The position numbers and the translations under genes were made by a program. This document shows positions 10,115 through 18,641 of a stretch of DNA of 64,000 nt, one piece after another. The stretch is taken from assembly GCA_964550165.1 (NCBI GenBank), contig CAZJYC010000004.1, positions 2,795 through 66,794 on the forward strand, in the 5' to 3' direction. This stretch comes from an uncultured Eubacteriales bacterium. Lineage in GTDB: Bacteria > Acidobacteriota > Aminicenantia > Aminicenantales > Aminicenantaceae. The notes below the pieces were generated by a model, which saw only the letters and a program-made list of their open reading frames with translations, was not told where the DNA came from and did no database searches. Each line of letters opens with the position of its first letter. Position 1 is the stretch's first letter.

Positions 10115-10464
10115 AAAGAGGAGTAACGGATGAGTGACAACCGCACTTACCGAGACAGATTTGATAAGTGCATTTTGCTTTGTGCAAATTGTCACCGTGA
10201 AGTTCACTCCGGATTGCAGCTTCCACGAGAAATCGTGGTTGAAAAATCGGGTGAATTCAGGGAAGCCTTCGCTCCGTTCTCCGCGGAGAAAGGTAATCCT
10301 GAGCCAAACCCTGCCGTTTTCCAAAATGGCAGGGGAGGTGCAGAGACTAGAGCTAAAGCTCGTACCCTGACCGGGGTTCAGGGGAAGCGCCCGACACCCC
10401 AACTTCAATCATCTGGAGAGGGTGAAGAGATAGTCCAAGCCCAGAAGAAATTCTGGGGGTCTTG
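10115..10464 (+). ncRNA. Group I self-splicing intron (350 nt) at tRNA position 35/36
   Basis: 5' splice U pairs with G in P1 (exon GCTGT / GCAGC 10216-20); terminal G at 10464; P2 CCACGA-GAAA-TCGTGG; P3 TCGGGTG/CGCCCGA; P4 TTCAGG/CCTGAG; P7 GAGACTA/TAGTCC; J8/7 AAGAGA; P8 CACCC/GGGTG; P9 CCCAGAA-GAAA-TTCTGGG. Confidence 0.93.
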
Positions 10465-10474
10465 TAACCACTAG
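10130..10474 (+). pseudogene. Degenerate intron-encoded HNH homing endonuclease ORF (apparent internal in-frame deletion)
   Basis: RBS GAGGAG at 10118-23; retains only DKCILLCANCHREVH (C-terminal HNH strand with CxxC); frame continues through the ribozyme core to a TAG in exon 2. Confidence 0.72.
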
Positions 10475-10855
10475 GTTGCAGGTTCGAGTCCTGCCCGAGG
10501 AGCCATTTTGAACGATTCTTCAAACACATTGGGGCGGGGTTTTGCTCGTCTGCTTCGCGCTTTCTCTTTCAATTCCAATTCACATCATCTGGGCTATCCA
10601 TTCCAGCATGGCTAAAATTGGATGCCCTAGTTCTATGAAGTCCACTAGAATCTTTTTGAAAAGTACCATATAGTTGATTCCGACAGGCGAATTTATTCTC
10701 TTTTCAAGATAGCCCTGGGAAATTTTATTGAGGCCATAGAACAAAGAGCAAGCTCCCTGATTATGTGCGATGAATCATGGAATTGAGGATGCTTACTTCT
10801 CATCAAGAGAAATTGACCATAATTTCTTTCAGATTTATAATTATAGCAGACTTGA

Positions 10856-11383
10856 ATGAAGATAAATATGAAGAATTTGATCGCAGCCCAAAAAAAGAAA
10901 ATTCCTGCTTTCATAAAAAAACTTATGATTTTTCCAGTCTTTTTATTTTCGTTGCTCTTAACAGCGGAAGCGGGGAATTACGCAAAAAAAATTCTTCCCT
11001 CTACTCCACAACCTCCATGGGTTGAAAATCCTGAAAGAGCTTTGTTCGAACCGGATGGGGAACTTGCAGAGATATACTATGCCTCGCACATAGATCTCGA
11101 ATTAAGTGATTATGCTGAAAAGTTAAAGATCACAACCAAAGAGTTATGGGAGGATAGACGTTTTGGAACAAGAACTTATGCTGTCTTCGTGAAGGAAAAT
11201 AAAGATGACGCGTGGAAATACATAGGGATGAGTCAGATTGGAGAAGCAGGTTGTTTCAATTTAGGCCAAAAAGTAAAACATGTAAGATTAATGTACATAA
11301 ATCCATACGATCATTTATTAGTTCCAGGGCTGTTAAAAAAGGTAATGGGTGTGGATTCTATTGAGGGACTGGATTTGGATTAG
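10856..11383 (+). CDS. Hypothetical protein, possibly exported
   Basis: 175-aa ORF with a hydrophobic signal-like segment, AT-rich, no family recognised. Confidence 0.6.
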   Translation: MKINMKNLIAAQKKKIPAFIKKLMIFPVFLFSLLLTAEAGNYAKKILPSTPQPPWVENPERALFEPDGELAEIYYASHIDLELSDYAEKLKITTKELWEDRRFGTRTYAVFVKENKDDAWKYIGMSQIGEAGCFNLGQKVKHVRLMYINPYDHLLVPGLLKKVMGVDSIEGLDLD

Positions 11384-11592
11384 AGATCAGTTTTGTTCCT
11401 GCCAGGACGTTTCTTCTCGACTTCGACATTTTTCACGCCCAGCGTTTCCCTTTATTCCGCCACAGAGACGTGGAAATAAGGGATCTGGACTATACTGTTT
11501 CTCTTAACGAATGGATTTCTTTTAAAGATAGAGATGAACTCTCGTCATGCGGGGGATTATTGACAAAAGATCTGTAGTTGATTGGAGCGTAT

Positions 11593-12087
11593 TTAATCTG
11601 TGCGGCCGATATATTGCTTTGAAGCTCTGAGCAAATATTTTACGCCCTTATAATCGACAATCCTGACAACGACATCGACATAGACCCCAGGACCCCATTT
11701 CGGGCCTTCTCGGCCAATTTTCTCCAGTTGGTGCTGATGATTGGGATCTTTGGGTCTTTCCTCGTCGGAAAACTTCGTCTCCCAAATCGGATCCCAGACA
11801 TCTTGAACATTGATAACCCACAATCGATTTGCATCGACTGAAGGGGGAAAAGGTGACAAATCTGCCGCGGTAACCCAGATTAGGGCAATAAGCGGTTTTC
11901 CGTTTGGTGGAGACACAGGCATAAAATCACGCCAGAGAAAAGTCTCCAGTGTAAACTTCCGTCCATAAATCTCGACCTGTTCTGGCGCGGAGAGGAGCTC
12001 CTGTAAGGTAGGTGTTGTGGGCGTAAAGAGCCCTTCACATCCAGAAATCAAAAGCAGAACTGAAATTAATACAAATCTCTTTAACAA
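11593..12087 (-). CDS. Hypothetical lipoprotein
   Basis: Lipobox LLLISGC; family not recognised. Confidence 0.7.
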   Translation of the reverse strand: MLKRFVLISVLLLISGCEGLFTPTTPTLQELLSAPEQVEIYGRKFTLETFLWRDFMPVSPPNGKPLIALIWVTAADLSPFPPSVDANRLWVINVQDVWDPIWETKFSDEERPKDPNHQHQLEKIGREGPKWGPGVYVDVVVRIVDYKGVKYLLRASKQYIGRTD

Positions 12088-12500
12088 TTCTTATAGTTCC
12101 TGTTCTTAATAATAATAGAATATTTTTAGGTTGTCAAATATCACCAACAGATGTTATCAACATTATGTGAGAAAGACATATTCTGATTAATGAATGAGTT
12201 AATTCTTTTTAAAAATTAGATAGTATAGAGCCATATACATTTCCAAGATTCAAGCGAATCTTTGAATTTGATTAAAGAATTCAATTTTTTATGGAATCTG
12301 CTTCAAAAAATTCATCATTCTTTAGCTTCAGGAGGGGACAAAAATCACCCTGAAAATCACCCCTCACGGCGATTTACATTCTCAGCCTCTCCTGCGATCA
12401 TTAAATTGCTTGAAAAATAGAGCAAAAGCTCTATACTGATACTTTTTATAGATTGGATTATGAAAAGATTCGCAAAATAAAACAAAATGGAGGAATTGAA

Positions 12501-13634
12501 ATGAGACACCTAAAATCTTTTTCATGGAAATCTTTGTTTACGCTGACTGTTTTCCTGTTCGCGGTTGCATGGAATGCAATGGCCCAGGAAAACGGCGAAG
12601 AAAGCTCGGAGCTCGAACAAACTATTCAAAAGCTTTCTGAAGATGCTGGAAGAGCTTATCTCTCACCCGCCATTATTCCATTTGGCATCAATCTCAATGG
12701 CGGCTGGTTCCACAAATCGCCTCCTCCAAAATTATTCGGCCTGAATCTGGAATTCGGCCTGGTTGGGATGGGCACGTTCTTCCCTGAAGATGCACAGAGA
12801 GACTTTTCCGTCCAGGGATCATTCCGTTTCAATTCAGAGCAGGCGCTGAATTTATTCGACACTACAGGTCTAACACAACCAGAAATAGATTTAATCGTTG
12901 CCGAAATTATCTCCCAGGATTTCGCCGTATCAATTTACGGGGCAACTATTATCGGTGGGAATGAACCAGGGGACTACATCAATGTAGAATTAAGTTCGAC
13001 AGAGATTGATGACCCAAACAACCCCGATGAGACAATAACCATCGGCGGAACGGTTGATCTCGGAATTGGAGGTCTTGGCGAGATATTTGAACAGATTAAA
13101 TTCCTTCCTTTTGCAGCCCCACAGGTCACTGTTGGCACGGTCTTAGGAACTCAGGCGACAATCCGCTATTTGCCTGAATCCATCAGCAATTTGCCGTTGG
13201 TCAATGAAGTTACGGATGAGATTGGAAAATTCAGCTGGTTTGGATGGGGTATCCAGCACAACCCGGGTGTGTTTTTCTCTTTTCCTCTTCCTGTGGATAT
13301 CTCTCTCGCATATTTTAAACAAACATTAAAAGTGGGGACTTTATTCGAAGCCGATACAACAGCCTATGGAGTAACTGTAAGCAAAAAGCTTGGCTTAGGA
13401 TTCCTGAACCTCACACCCTACGCCGGATACCTGCGGGAAAGCTCCAAAATAGACATCAGGTATGCGTTCACTGTGGATGATCAGGAGTTTGACGTTCACC
13501 TGGATTTTCCAAAAAATAAAAGAAATCGCATGACTGTCGGCCTGAGCCTCCGGCTGCTCATGTTCAACGTCAATGCGGACTACAATTTCGGAGATTACAA
13601 GTCTGCGACAGTGGGAATTATGATCGGCATGTAA
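12501..13634 (+). CDS. Putative outer-membrane beta-barrel protein (DUF6588-like)
   Basis: RBS GGAGG before ATG 12501, signal peptide, GINLNGGWF, PFAAPQVTVG, GIQHN, amphipathic C-terminal strands. Confidence 0.7.
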   Translation: MRHLKSFSWKSLFTLTVFLFAVAWNAMAQENGEESSELEQTIQKLSEDAGRAYLSPAIIPFGINLNGGWFHKSPPPKLFGLNLEFGLVGMGTFFPEDAQRDFSVQGSFRFNSEQALNLFDTTGLTQPEIDLIVAEIISQDFAVSIYGATIIGGNEPGDYINVELSSTEIDDPNNPDETITIGGTVDLGIGGLGEIFEQIKFLPFAAPQVTVGTVLGTQATIRYLPESISNLPLVNEVTDEIGKFSWFGWGIQHNPGVFFSFPLPVDISLAYFKQTLKVGTLFEADTTAYGVTVSKKLGLGFLNLTPYAGYLRESSKIDIRYAFTVDDQEFDVHLDFPKNKRNRMTVGLSLRLLMFNVNADYNFGDYKSATVGIMIGM

Positions 13635-13879
13635 AGATTTTCTCTTAGCCAAAAAATCGGCCCGTCTCTTTAGGAGCGAGAGGAAAAATCCCGATAAAAG
13701 TTTATAGAGGCAAACGCAGAGTATTTTCGGGACATGTGCTATAAGATCGTTTTTCCTTACTGCTAAAAAAACATTTATATTGGCCCAATTTAGCTCAATA
13801 AAATCTTTAGGACTTTACTCTCAATTTTGTCCAGCCACCCTCCCCTGCTTTGAACCCAAATTTGCCGCTAGGGCTGTGT

Positions 13880-13950
13880 CCTCATGAGCGAAGCGCGGTG
13901 ATCTCAAAGACTCATCTCGAGATCGCCAGGCGCGTGCCGTGTGCTCGCCA
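13880..13950. repeat. Degenerate REP-like palindrome
   Basis: GAGCGAAGCG motif and stem GGTGATCTC(13897)/GAGATCGCC(13919). Confidence 0.45.
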
Positions 13951-14112
13951 TAAAAGGGAAAGAGCATTCATATCTTTTCTTGAATCAAGCGCGTAAACAC
14001 ATACGCCTATCCAGCTCGTAATTTTAAGAACCTCTCGACAGGCAAATATTTCACTTCAATTTTTCCGCTGTTTGCGATATAAGAAAGCTTTTAGACAAAG
14101 AAGGAGATAACC

Positions 14113-14757
14113 ATGAAAAAGCTGTGGATGATGATTATATTGATTCTGTTATCAGCGGCAACCCTCTCATCAGCCGCAAAAAGCCGGTGGGCCTTTGAGG
14201 CATTTTTTGGCGCGGCCTGGAGTATTTCCACGCCTTTGAGTATCCATCAATACGGTGAGGACCGCATTTATTTGATCGCAAGATACAACAATGAACCGTT
14301 TAAAGAATCGCCCTATTACGCCTGGAGAATATCCAGATGGAAGCGGAATCGTGCCTGGGAATTTGAGCTAGTTCACCATAAGATTATTCTGTCCAATCGT
14401 CCGCAAGAAGTTCAGTATTTCGCGATAACTCATGGTTATAACCTTATCACCGTTAACAGGGCCTGGTCGTATGGCAGCTGGGTCTGGCGGGTGGGCGCTG
14501 GACTTGTTGCCGCCCATCCGGAAAGCACAATTCGGGAAAAGAGTCTATCCTGGGGAGAAGGGCTCGACGGTTTCTACATCACTGGCCCCACAGTCCAGGC
14601 CGCATTGGAAAAAAAATTCCTGATTTTCGGCAGACTTTTTGCCGTTTTTGAAGGAAAATTTACCGCATCTTATGCGGTCGTGCCCATTCAAGACGGGAAT
14701 GCTTATGCGCCAAACGTAGCCCTGCATGGGCTCTTTGGACTCGGATATTGGTTTTAG
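14113..14757 (+). CDS. Hypothetical exported protein, probable small outer-membrane beta-barrel
   Basis: Signal peptide, aromatic-rich amphipathic strands, C-terminal GLGYWF. Confidence 0.7.
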   Translation: MKKLWMMIILILLSAATLSSAAKSRWAFEAFFGAAWSISTPLSIHQYGEDRIYLIARYNNEPFKESPYYAWRISRWKRNRAWEFELVHHKIILSNRPQEVQYFAITHGYNLITVNRAWSYGSWVWRVGAGLVAAHPESTIREKSLSWGEGLDGFYITGPTVQAALEKKFLIFGRLFAVFEGKFTASYAVVPIQDGNAYAPNVALHGLFGLGYWF

Positions 14758-14772
14758 AAAGGAAAAATCAAA

Positions 14773-16092
14773 ATGAGCGCTTCACAGACGGCAATTTTTT
14801 TGGTTATTTTGGCCTCCGTGCTGCTCGTGACTTCCGCATCATGTCAGCAGGAAGGCGCACGCCCGCAAGGGCAGAATCCCGTAAAGCCTGGATTGGAAGT
14901 ATTTCTCGAGAAACATCTCTCCCTTGTCAAAGGAAAAAGAGTGGGTTTGATTACAAATCCTACAGGGGTTGACACTCACCTCCAGAGCATCATCGACTCA
15001 TTCAGCAGGATTAGCGCTGTCAACCTGGTCGCGCTCTATGGACCCGAGCATGGAGTGAGAGGCAATGCCCAGGCCGGCGAATATGTCCCTTTCTACCTGG
15101 ATGAAAAATATAATCTTCCGGTCTTCAGCCTTTATGGCCAATCCCGGAAGCCAGAGAAAGATATGCTTAAGAATATCGACGCCTATATGCGCTCTTTTGA
15201 CACCGCAGCGCTCGGAAAAATCCCGGATAGAAAAATGGTGGAGAGCATCGATGTTTTGATCTTTGACCTTCAGGATGTAGGAACTAGAATCTATACCTAT
15301 ATCGCTACCATGGCCTACGCGATGCAGGCCTGCGCGGAATACGGAATGGATTTTATTGTTCTGGACAGGCCCAATCCCATAAACGGCATGGACATGGAGG
15401 GCCCGCTGCTGGAATACCCGGAATACAGCTCTTTTGTCGGCCTTTACCCTATACCCGTCAGGCATGGCATGACTGCTGGAGAGCTGGCCAAGTTTTTCAA
15501 CGACAATTTCCTTGAGAAAAAAGCCAACCTGACCGTAATTCCCATGGAGGGATGGAGGAGGGAGATGTGGTACGATGAGACATCGCTTCCCTGGGTTTTT
15601 CCCTCTCCAAACATGCCCGGCCCGGACACGGCCACAGTTTATCCTGGCCAGGTCTTTCTGGAAGGGACAAACGTATCCGAAGGGAGGGGGACGACAAAGC
15701 CCTTTGAAATCTTCGGTGCTCCCTGGATCGACGGCCATGAGCTTGCGCAAAAACTTAACGCACTCAACTTGCCCGGGGTCAGATTCAGAGAAGCCTGGTT
15801 TGCTCCAACATTCTCCAAGTTTGCAGGCGAGCTGTGCGGAGGAGCCCAAATCCATATCATAGACAGAAGCCAGTACAGGCCGTTTGAAACGACGCTTTAC
15901 ATCCTAAAAACCATAATGGCTCTGTATCCTGGCTATTTCGAGTTCCATAAAGACTACATGGATAGGATTATGGGAACGTCAACAATAAGGGAATCCCTTG
16001 AAAAAGGCGTTGATATCAAAGAAATTATTAAAAGCTACGAAGAGGACTTAAAGACCTTTTCCCAGCGCAGAAGACCCTATTTGCTTTATTAG
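14773..16092 (+). CDS. namZ: Exo-beta-N-acetylmuramidase NamZ (DUF1343) family
   Basis: GLITNPTG, LYGPEHGVRG, FDLQDVGTRIYTY, LDRPNP, PSPNMP, SEGRGTTKPFE. Confidence 0.92.
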   Translation: MSASQTAIFLVILASVLLVTSASCQQEGARPQGQNPVKPGLEVFLEKHLSLVKGKRVGLITNPTGVDTHLQSIIDSFSRISAVNLVALYGPEHGVRGNAQAGEYVPFYLDEKYNLPVFSLYGQSRKPEKDMLKNIDAYMRSFDTAALGKIPDRKMVESIDVLIFDLQDVGTRIYTYIATMAYAMQACAEYGMDFIVLDRPNPINGMDMEGPLLEYPEYSSFVGLYPIPVRHGMTAGELAKFFNDNFLEKKANLTVIPMEGWRREMWYDETSLPWVFPSPNMPGPDTATVYPGQVFLEGTNVSEGRGTTKPFEIFGAPWIDGHELAQKLNALNLPGVRFREAWFAPTFSKFAGELCGGAQIHIIDRSQYRPFETTLYILKTIMALYPGYFEFHKDYMDRIMGTSTIRESLEKGVDIKEIIKSYEEDLKTFSQRRRPYLLY

Positions 16093-16103
16093 GAGGTGCT
16101 GCG

Positions 16104-16556
16104 ATGTTTCTCTATTTAGTCCAGCATGGTCTTTCTCTGACGGAAGAACAAAACTCTGAAAGGCCTTTAAGCCCTGAAGGCAAAAAGCAGACTCAAAAGA
16201 CAGCCGCCTTCTTAAAAACGAAGAGCATCCGGGTCGACTGCCTCTGGCACAGCGCGAAATTGCGTGCAATCCAAACGGCCCAAATCATCGCCAGGGCCGT
16301 TTCTTGCTCAGAAATTCTCCAGAGGGATGATTTGAATCCTTTGGATTCGCCAGCCAGGCTCCCTGATGAGATTCAATCCCTGAACAAAAGCTTGATGATC
16401 GTCGGACATCTGCCGTTCCTCCAGAAACTGGCATCGTTACTCTTGACTGGCTCAGAAAATTATCCGTTGGTGTCCTTTAAAAACTCAGGTGTTGTCTGCT
16501 TGGAGTTTCGAGAGACCTGGAAGATTGCCTGGATATTAACTCCAGAATTGATGTGA
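16104..16556 (+). CDS. sixA: Phosphohistidine phosphatase SixA
   Basis: LYLVQHG, ERPLS..G, HSAKLRAIQTA, MIVGHLP. Confidence 0.88.
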   Translation: MFLYLVQHGLSLTEEQNSERPLSPEGKKQTQKTAAFLKTKSIRVDCLWHSAKLRAIQTAQIIARAVSCSEILQRDDLNPLDSPARLPDEIQSLNKSLMIVGHLPFLQKLASLLLTGSENYPLVSFKNSGVVCLEFRETWKIAWILTPELM

Positions 16557-16675
16557 GCAGCGCATTTGACTGAACTCTTTCGAAAAATTAAGGCCAAAAA
16601 TCAGTGCGCTGACTGATCCACGGAGGGACATCCAAGAGTTATGAGAGAGTTTAGCCAGAGGTAAAGCCGACGCTT

Positions 16676-17413
16676 TTACTGCAACTTTCTTATGCGGACC
16701 TGGATATCTTTGATGTCTGCGAGAAGCTCCACAATCTTGGCTGTATCTGTATCGCCATAATGATAAGGGTAGAGGATTTTGGGCCTGAATGCTCTGGCGG
16801 CATCGGCAACCATCTCCGGAGACATGGTGTAGGGAAGATTCATGGGCAAAAATGCGATATCGATATTCTTTAAAGCCTTCATTTCCGGTGTATTTTCTGT
16901 ATCTCCAGCCACATAAACTCTTTTATCTGCGAAAGTGAGGATATAACCGTTGCCTTCTCCTTGAGGATGATAAGGGATTCCTTGCGGTCGCTTGTGGACG
17001 ATATTATAAGCAGGAACAGCCTCTATTTTAATTCCCTGCACTGTTCGCGCTTCCCCGTTTTTCATGACCTGGCCGTTTTCATGCTTCTCGGCACATTTTT
17101 CGGTGAGGATGATATCCGTGCCTTGCTTTTTGATGGTCTCGATAGCCTTAGCATCAAAATGATCGCCGTGCTCATGGGTGATGAGGATAAGGTCAGCTTT
17201 AGGGAGAGTTTTGTAATCGGCATATCTCCCGACTGGATCGATATGGATTATTTTGCCGGCGAAGCTAAAGAGCAGAGTTCCGTGGCCGATGAACGTAATC
17301 TTGATTTCACCCTGTGGCGTTAGAAAGATATCCTCTTCGAATTCCTGCTGGGCCGAGAAGGAAAAAGCCAAAAGAAACAACAGAGATGTCATCAAGACAA
17401 ACGATTTTTCCAT
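16676..17413 (-). CDS. Exported metallo-beta-lactamase-fold hydrolase (UlaG-like)
   Basis: ITHEHGDH, VYVAGDT, YPYHY; signal peptide. Confidence 0.88.
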   Translation of the reverse strand: MEKSFVLMTSLLFLLAFSFSAQQEFEEDIFLTPQGEIKITFIGHGTLLFSFAGKIIHIDPVGRYADYKTLPKADLILITHEHGDHFDAKAIETIKKQGTDIILTEKCAEKHENGQVMKNGEARTVQGIKIEAVPAYNIVHKRPQGIPYHPQGEGNGYILTFADKRVYVAGDTENTPEMKALKNIDIAFLPMNLPYTMSPEMVADAARAFRPKILYPYHYGDTDTAKIVELLADIKDIQVRIRKLQ

Positions 17414-17454
17414 GATTGCCCTCCGTGGTGAATGATGATATCAATAAAGCATTC

Positions 17455-18627
17455 TCAAGCGCTCAACAGCTCATGGGCCTCGATGAGCTTTTGTTTGACC
17501 TTAAGCCCATAGGGACAGGCCGATTGACAGTATCCGGTGCAACTCTCACAGTCAAGAGGCTTCCTTTTCTCCTCGAGTTCCGCATAATAACGCATGGCTT
17601 CTTTTTCCATGTGGTAGTCTTCAAAGTACATTTTGAAGCGGAGCACCTCGTTGACGGCGACATTATGCGGACATGAGGAGAGACATTCGCTGCAGCTGAC
17701 TCTGCAGTATTGGTCTCTGGTCTGACGCTGATACTCAGCAATCACTTTTAAATCCGCTCTGTTGAGGGGCTTGCTTGAAGCAGCCACATATTCCTCCACA
17801 TGGGAGTAGCTGCTCATGGTCGGGATGCAGGTGTCAAGGTTAGGGTTGCTCAAGACCCAGCGAATTGCCGCCTGAGGATAGCTCACCTCCGGGCTGATCA
17901 TAGATTTTAAGTTTCCATGTTTTCCGCCGGCAAAGACTTTCATGGCCACAGTCCCAATTCCCTTGAGGCGGGCCTGCTCGACAAGAGGCTCGATCTCTGG
18001 CCCTTCATCATGGTTGTAGATGAAAAGAATGACCTCGGCGAACCCGTTTTCCAGAGCCTGTTTCAGAGTGAGCTTGGCATTGTGGGTAGAAAATCCTGTG
18101 AAGCGGACTTTCCCATCCTTTTTGAGCTGAGAATAAGCCGCCTGGATCTCCTCATTATTGAGAAAAGACATGTCATTTAAGCCATGAATCATGGCCACAT
18201 CGACATAGTCGGTCTGCATGCGCTTCAGACTTGCTTCGACTCTGCGGATTATATCCTCGCGATTTGACTGCTGCCGGGAGGAATAGCCATGTTTGGTGGT
18301 GATAACGACTTTATCCCTAACGTCTTTAAGAGCTTGCCCGATGAATATCTCGCTTTTGGTGTTCAAATAGCTTTCGGCTGTATCAAAATAAGTTACACCC
18401 AAATCGTAAGCGTACCTCATGACATTCGGCTCGAAGAACGATATCGCCCCGCAGCCAACATCCGAGACTTTGATGCCTGTTTTTCCCAATGTGTTGTATT
18501 TTTTTATCTTAATCGGAGAGGATTCTTGAATGCTCTTTGTATCAGCCCTCAGGCTGTTTGCGATACCAAAGCCCATAAGGCTTGAGGTGATAGCTGTTAG
18601 AAAATTTCGCCGATTGATGTTGGACAT
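17455..18627 (-). CDS. Aldo/keto reductase with Tat-like signal and C-terminal Fe-S cysteine clusters
   Basis: RRNFL, YFDTAESY, TKH, GFSTHN, C-terminal Cys clusters (CRVSCSECLSSCP, CESCTGYCQSACP). Confidence 0.9.
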   Translation of the reverse strand: MSNINRRNFLTAITSSLMGFGIANSLRADTKSIQESSPIKIKKYNTLGKTGIKVSDVGCGAISFFEPNVMRYAYDLGVTYFDTAESYLNTKSEIFIGQALKDVRDKVVITTKHGYSSRQQSNREDIIRRVEASLKRMQTDYVDVAMIHGLNDMSFLNNEEIQAAYSQLKKDGKVRFTGFSTHNAKLTLKQALENGFAEVILFIYNHDEGPEIEPLVEQARLKGIGTVAMKVFAGGKHGNLKSMISPEVSYPQAAIRWVLSNPNLDTCIPTMSSYSHVEEYVAASSKPLNRADLKVIAEYQRQTRDQYCRVSCSECLSSCPHNVAVNEVLRFKMYFEDYHMEKEAMRYYAELEEKRKPLDCESCTGYCQSACPYGLKVKQKLIEAHELLSA

Positions 18628-18641
18628 TTTTTCCTCCTGAA

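Larger units (their letters stand above)
10080..10505 (+). tRNA. tRNA-Asn(GTT), intron-containing: exon 1 10080-10114, exon 2 10465-10505
   Basis: Joined exons (35+41=76 nt) give acceptor stem TCCTCGG/CCGAGGA, D arm GCTC/GAGC, anticodon arm GGTGG-CTGTTAA-CCACT, T arm GCAGG-TTCGAGT-CCTGC, discriminator G and encoded CCA. Confidence 0.95.

Noticed and set aside
10115-10464. Integrated element or tRNA-disrupting insertion instead of an intron
   Set aside because: No duplicated tRNA segment, and the complete group I core pairings and splice-site rules are satisfied
10465-14757. Prophage or integrative island at tRNA-Asn
   Set aside because: No integrase, no phage genes, and no second copy of the tRNA 3' end seen in the window
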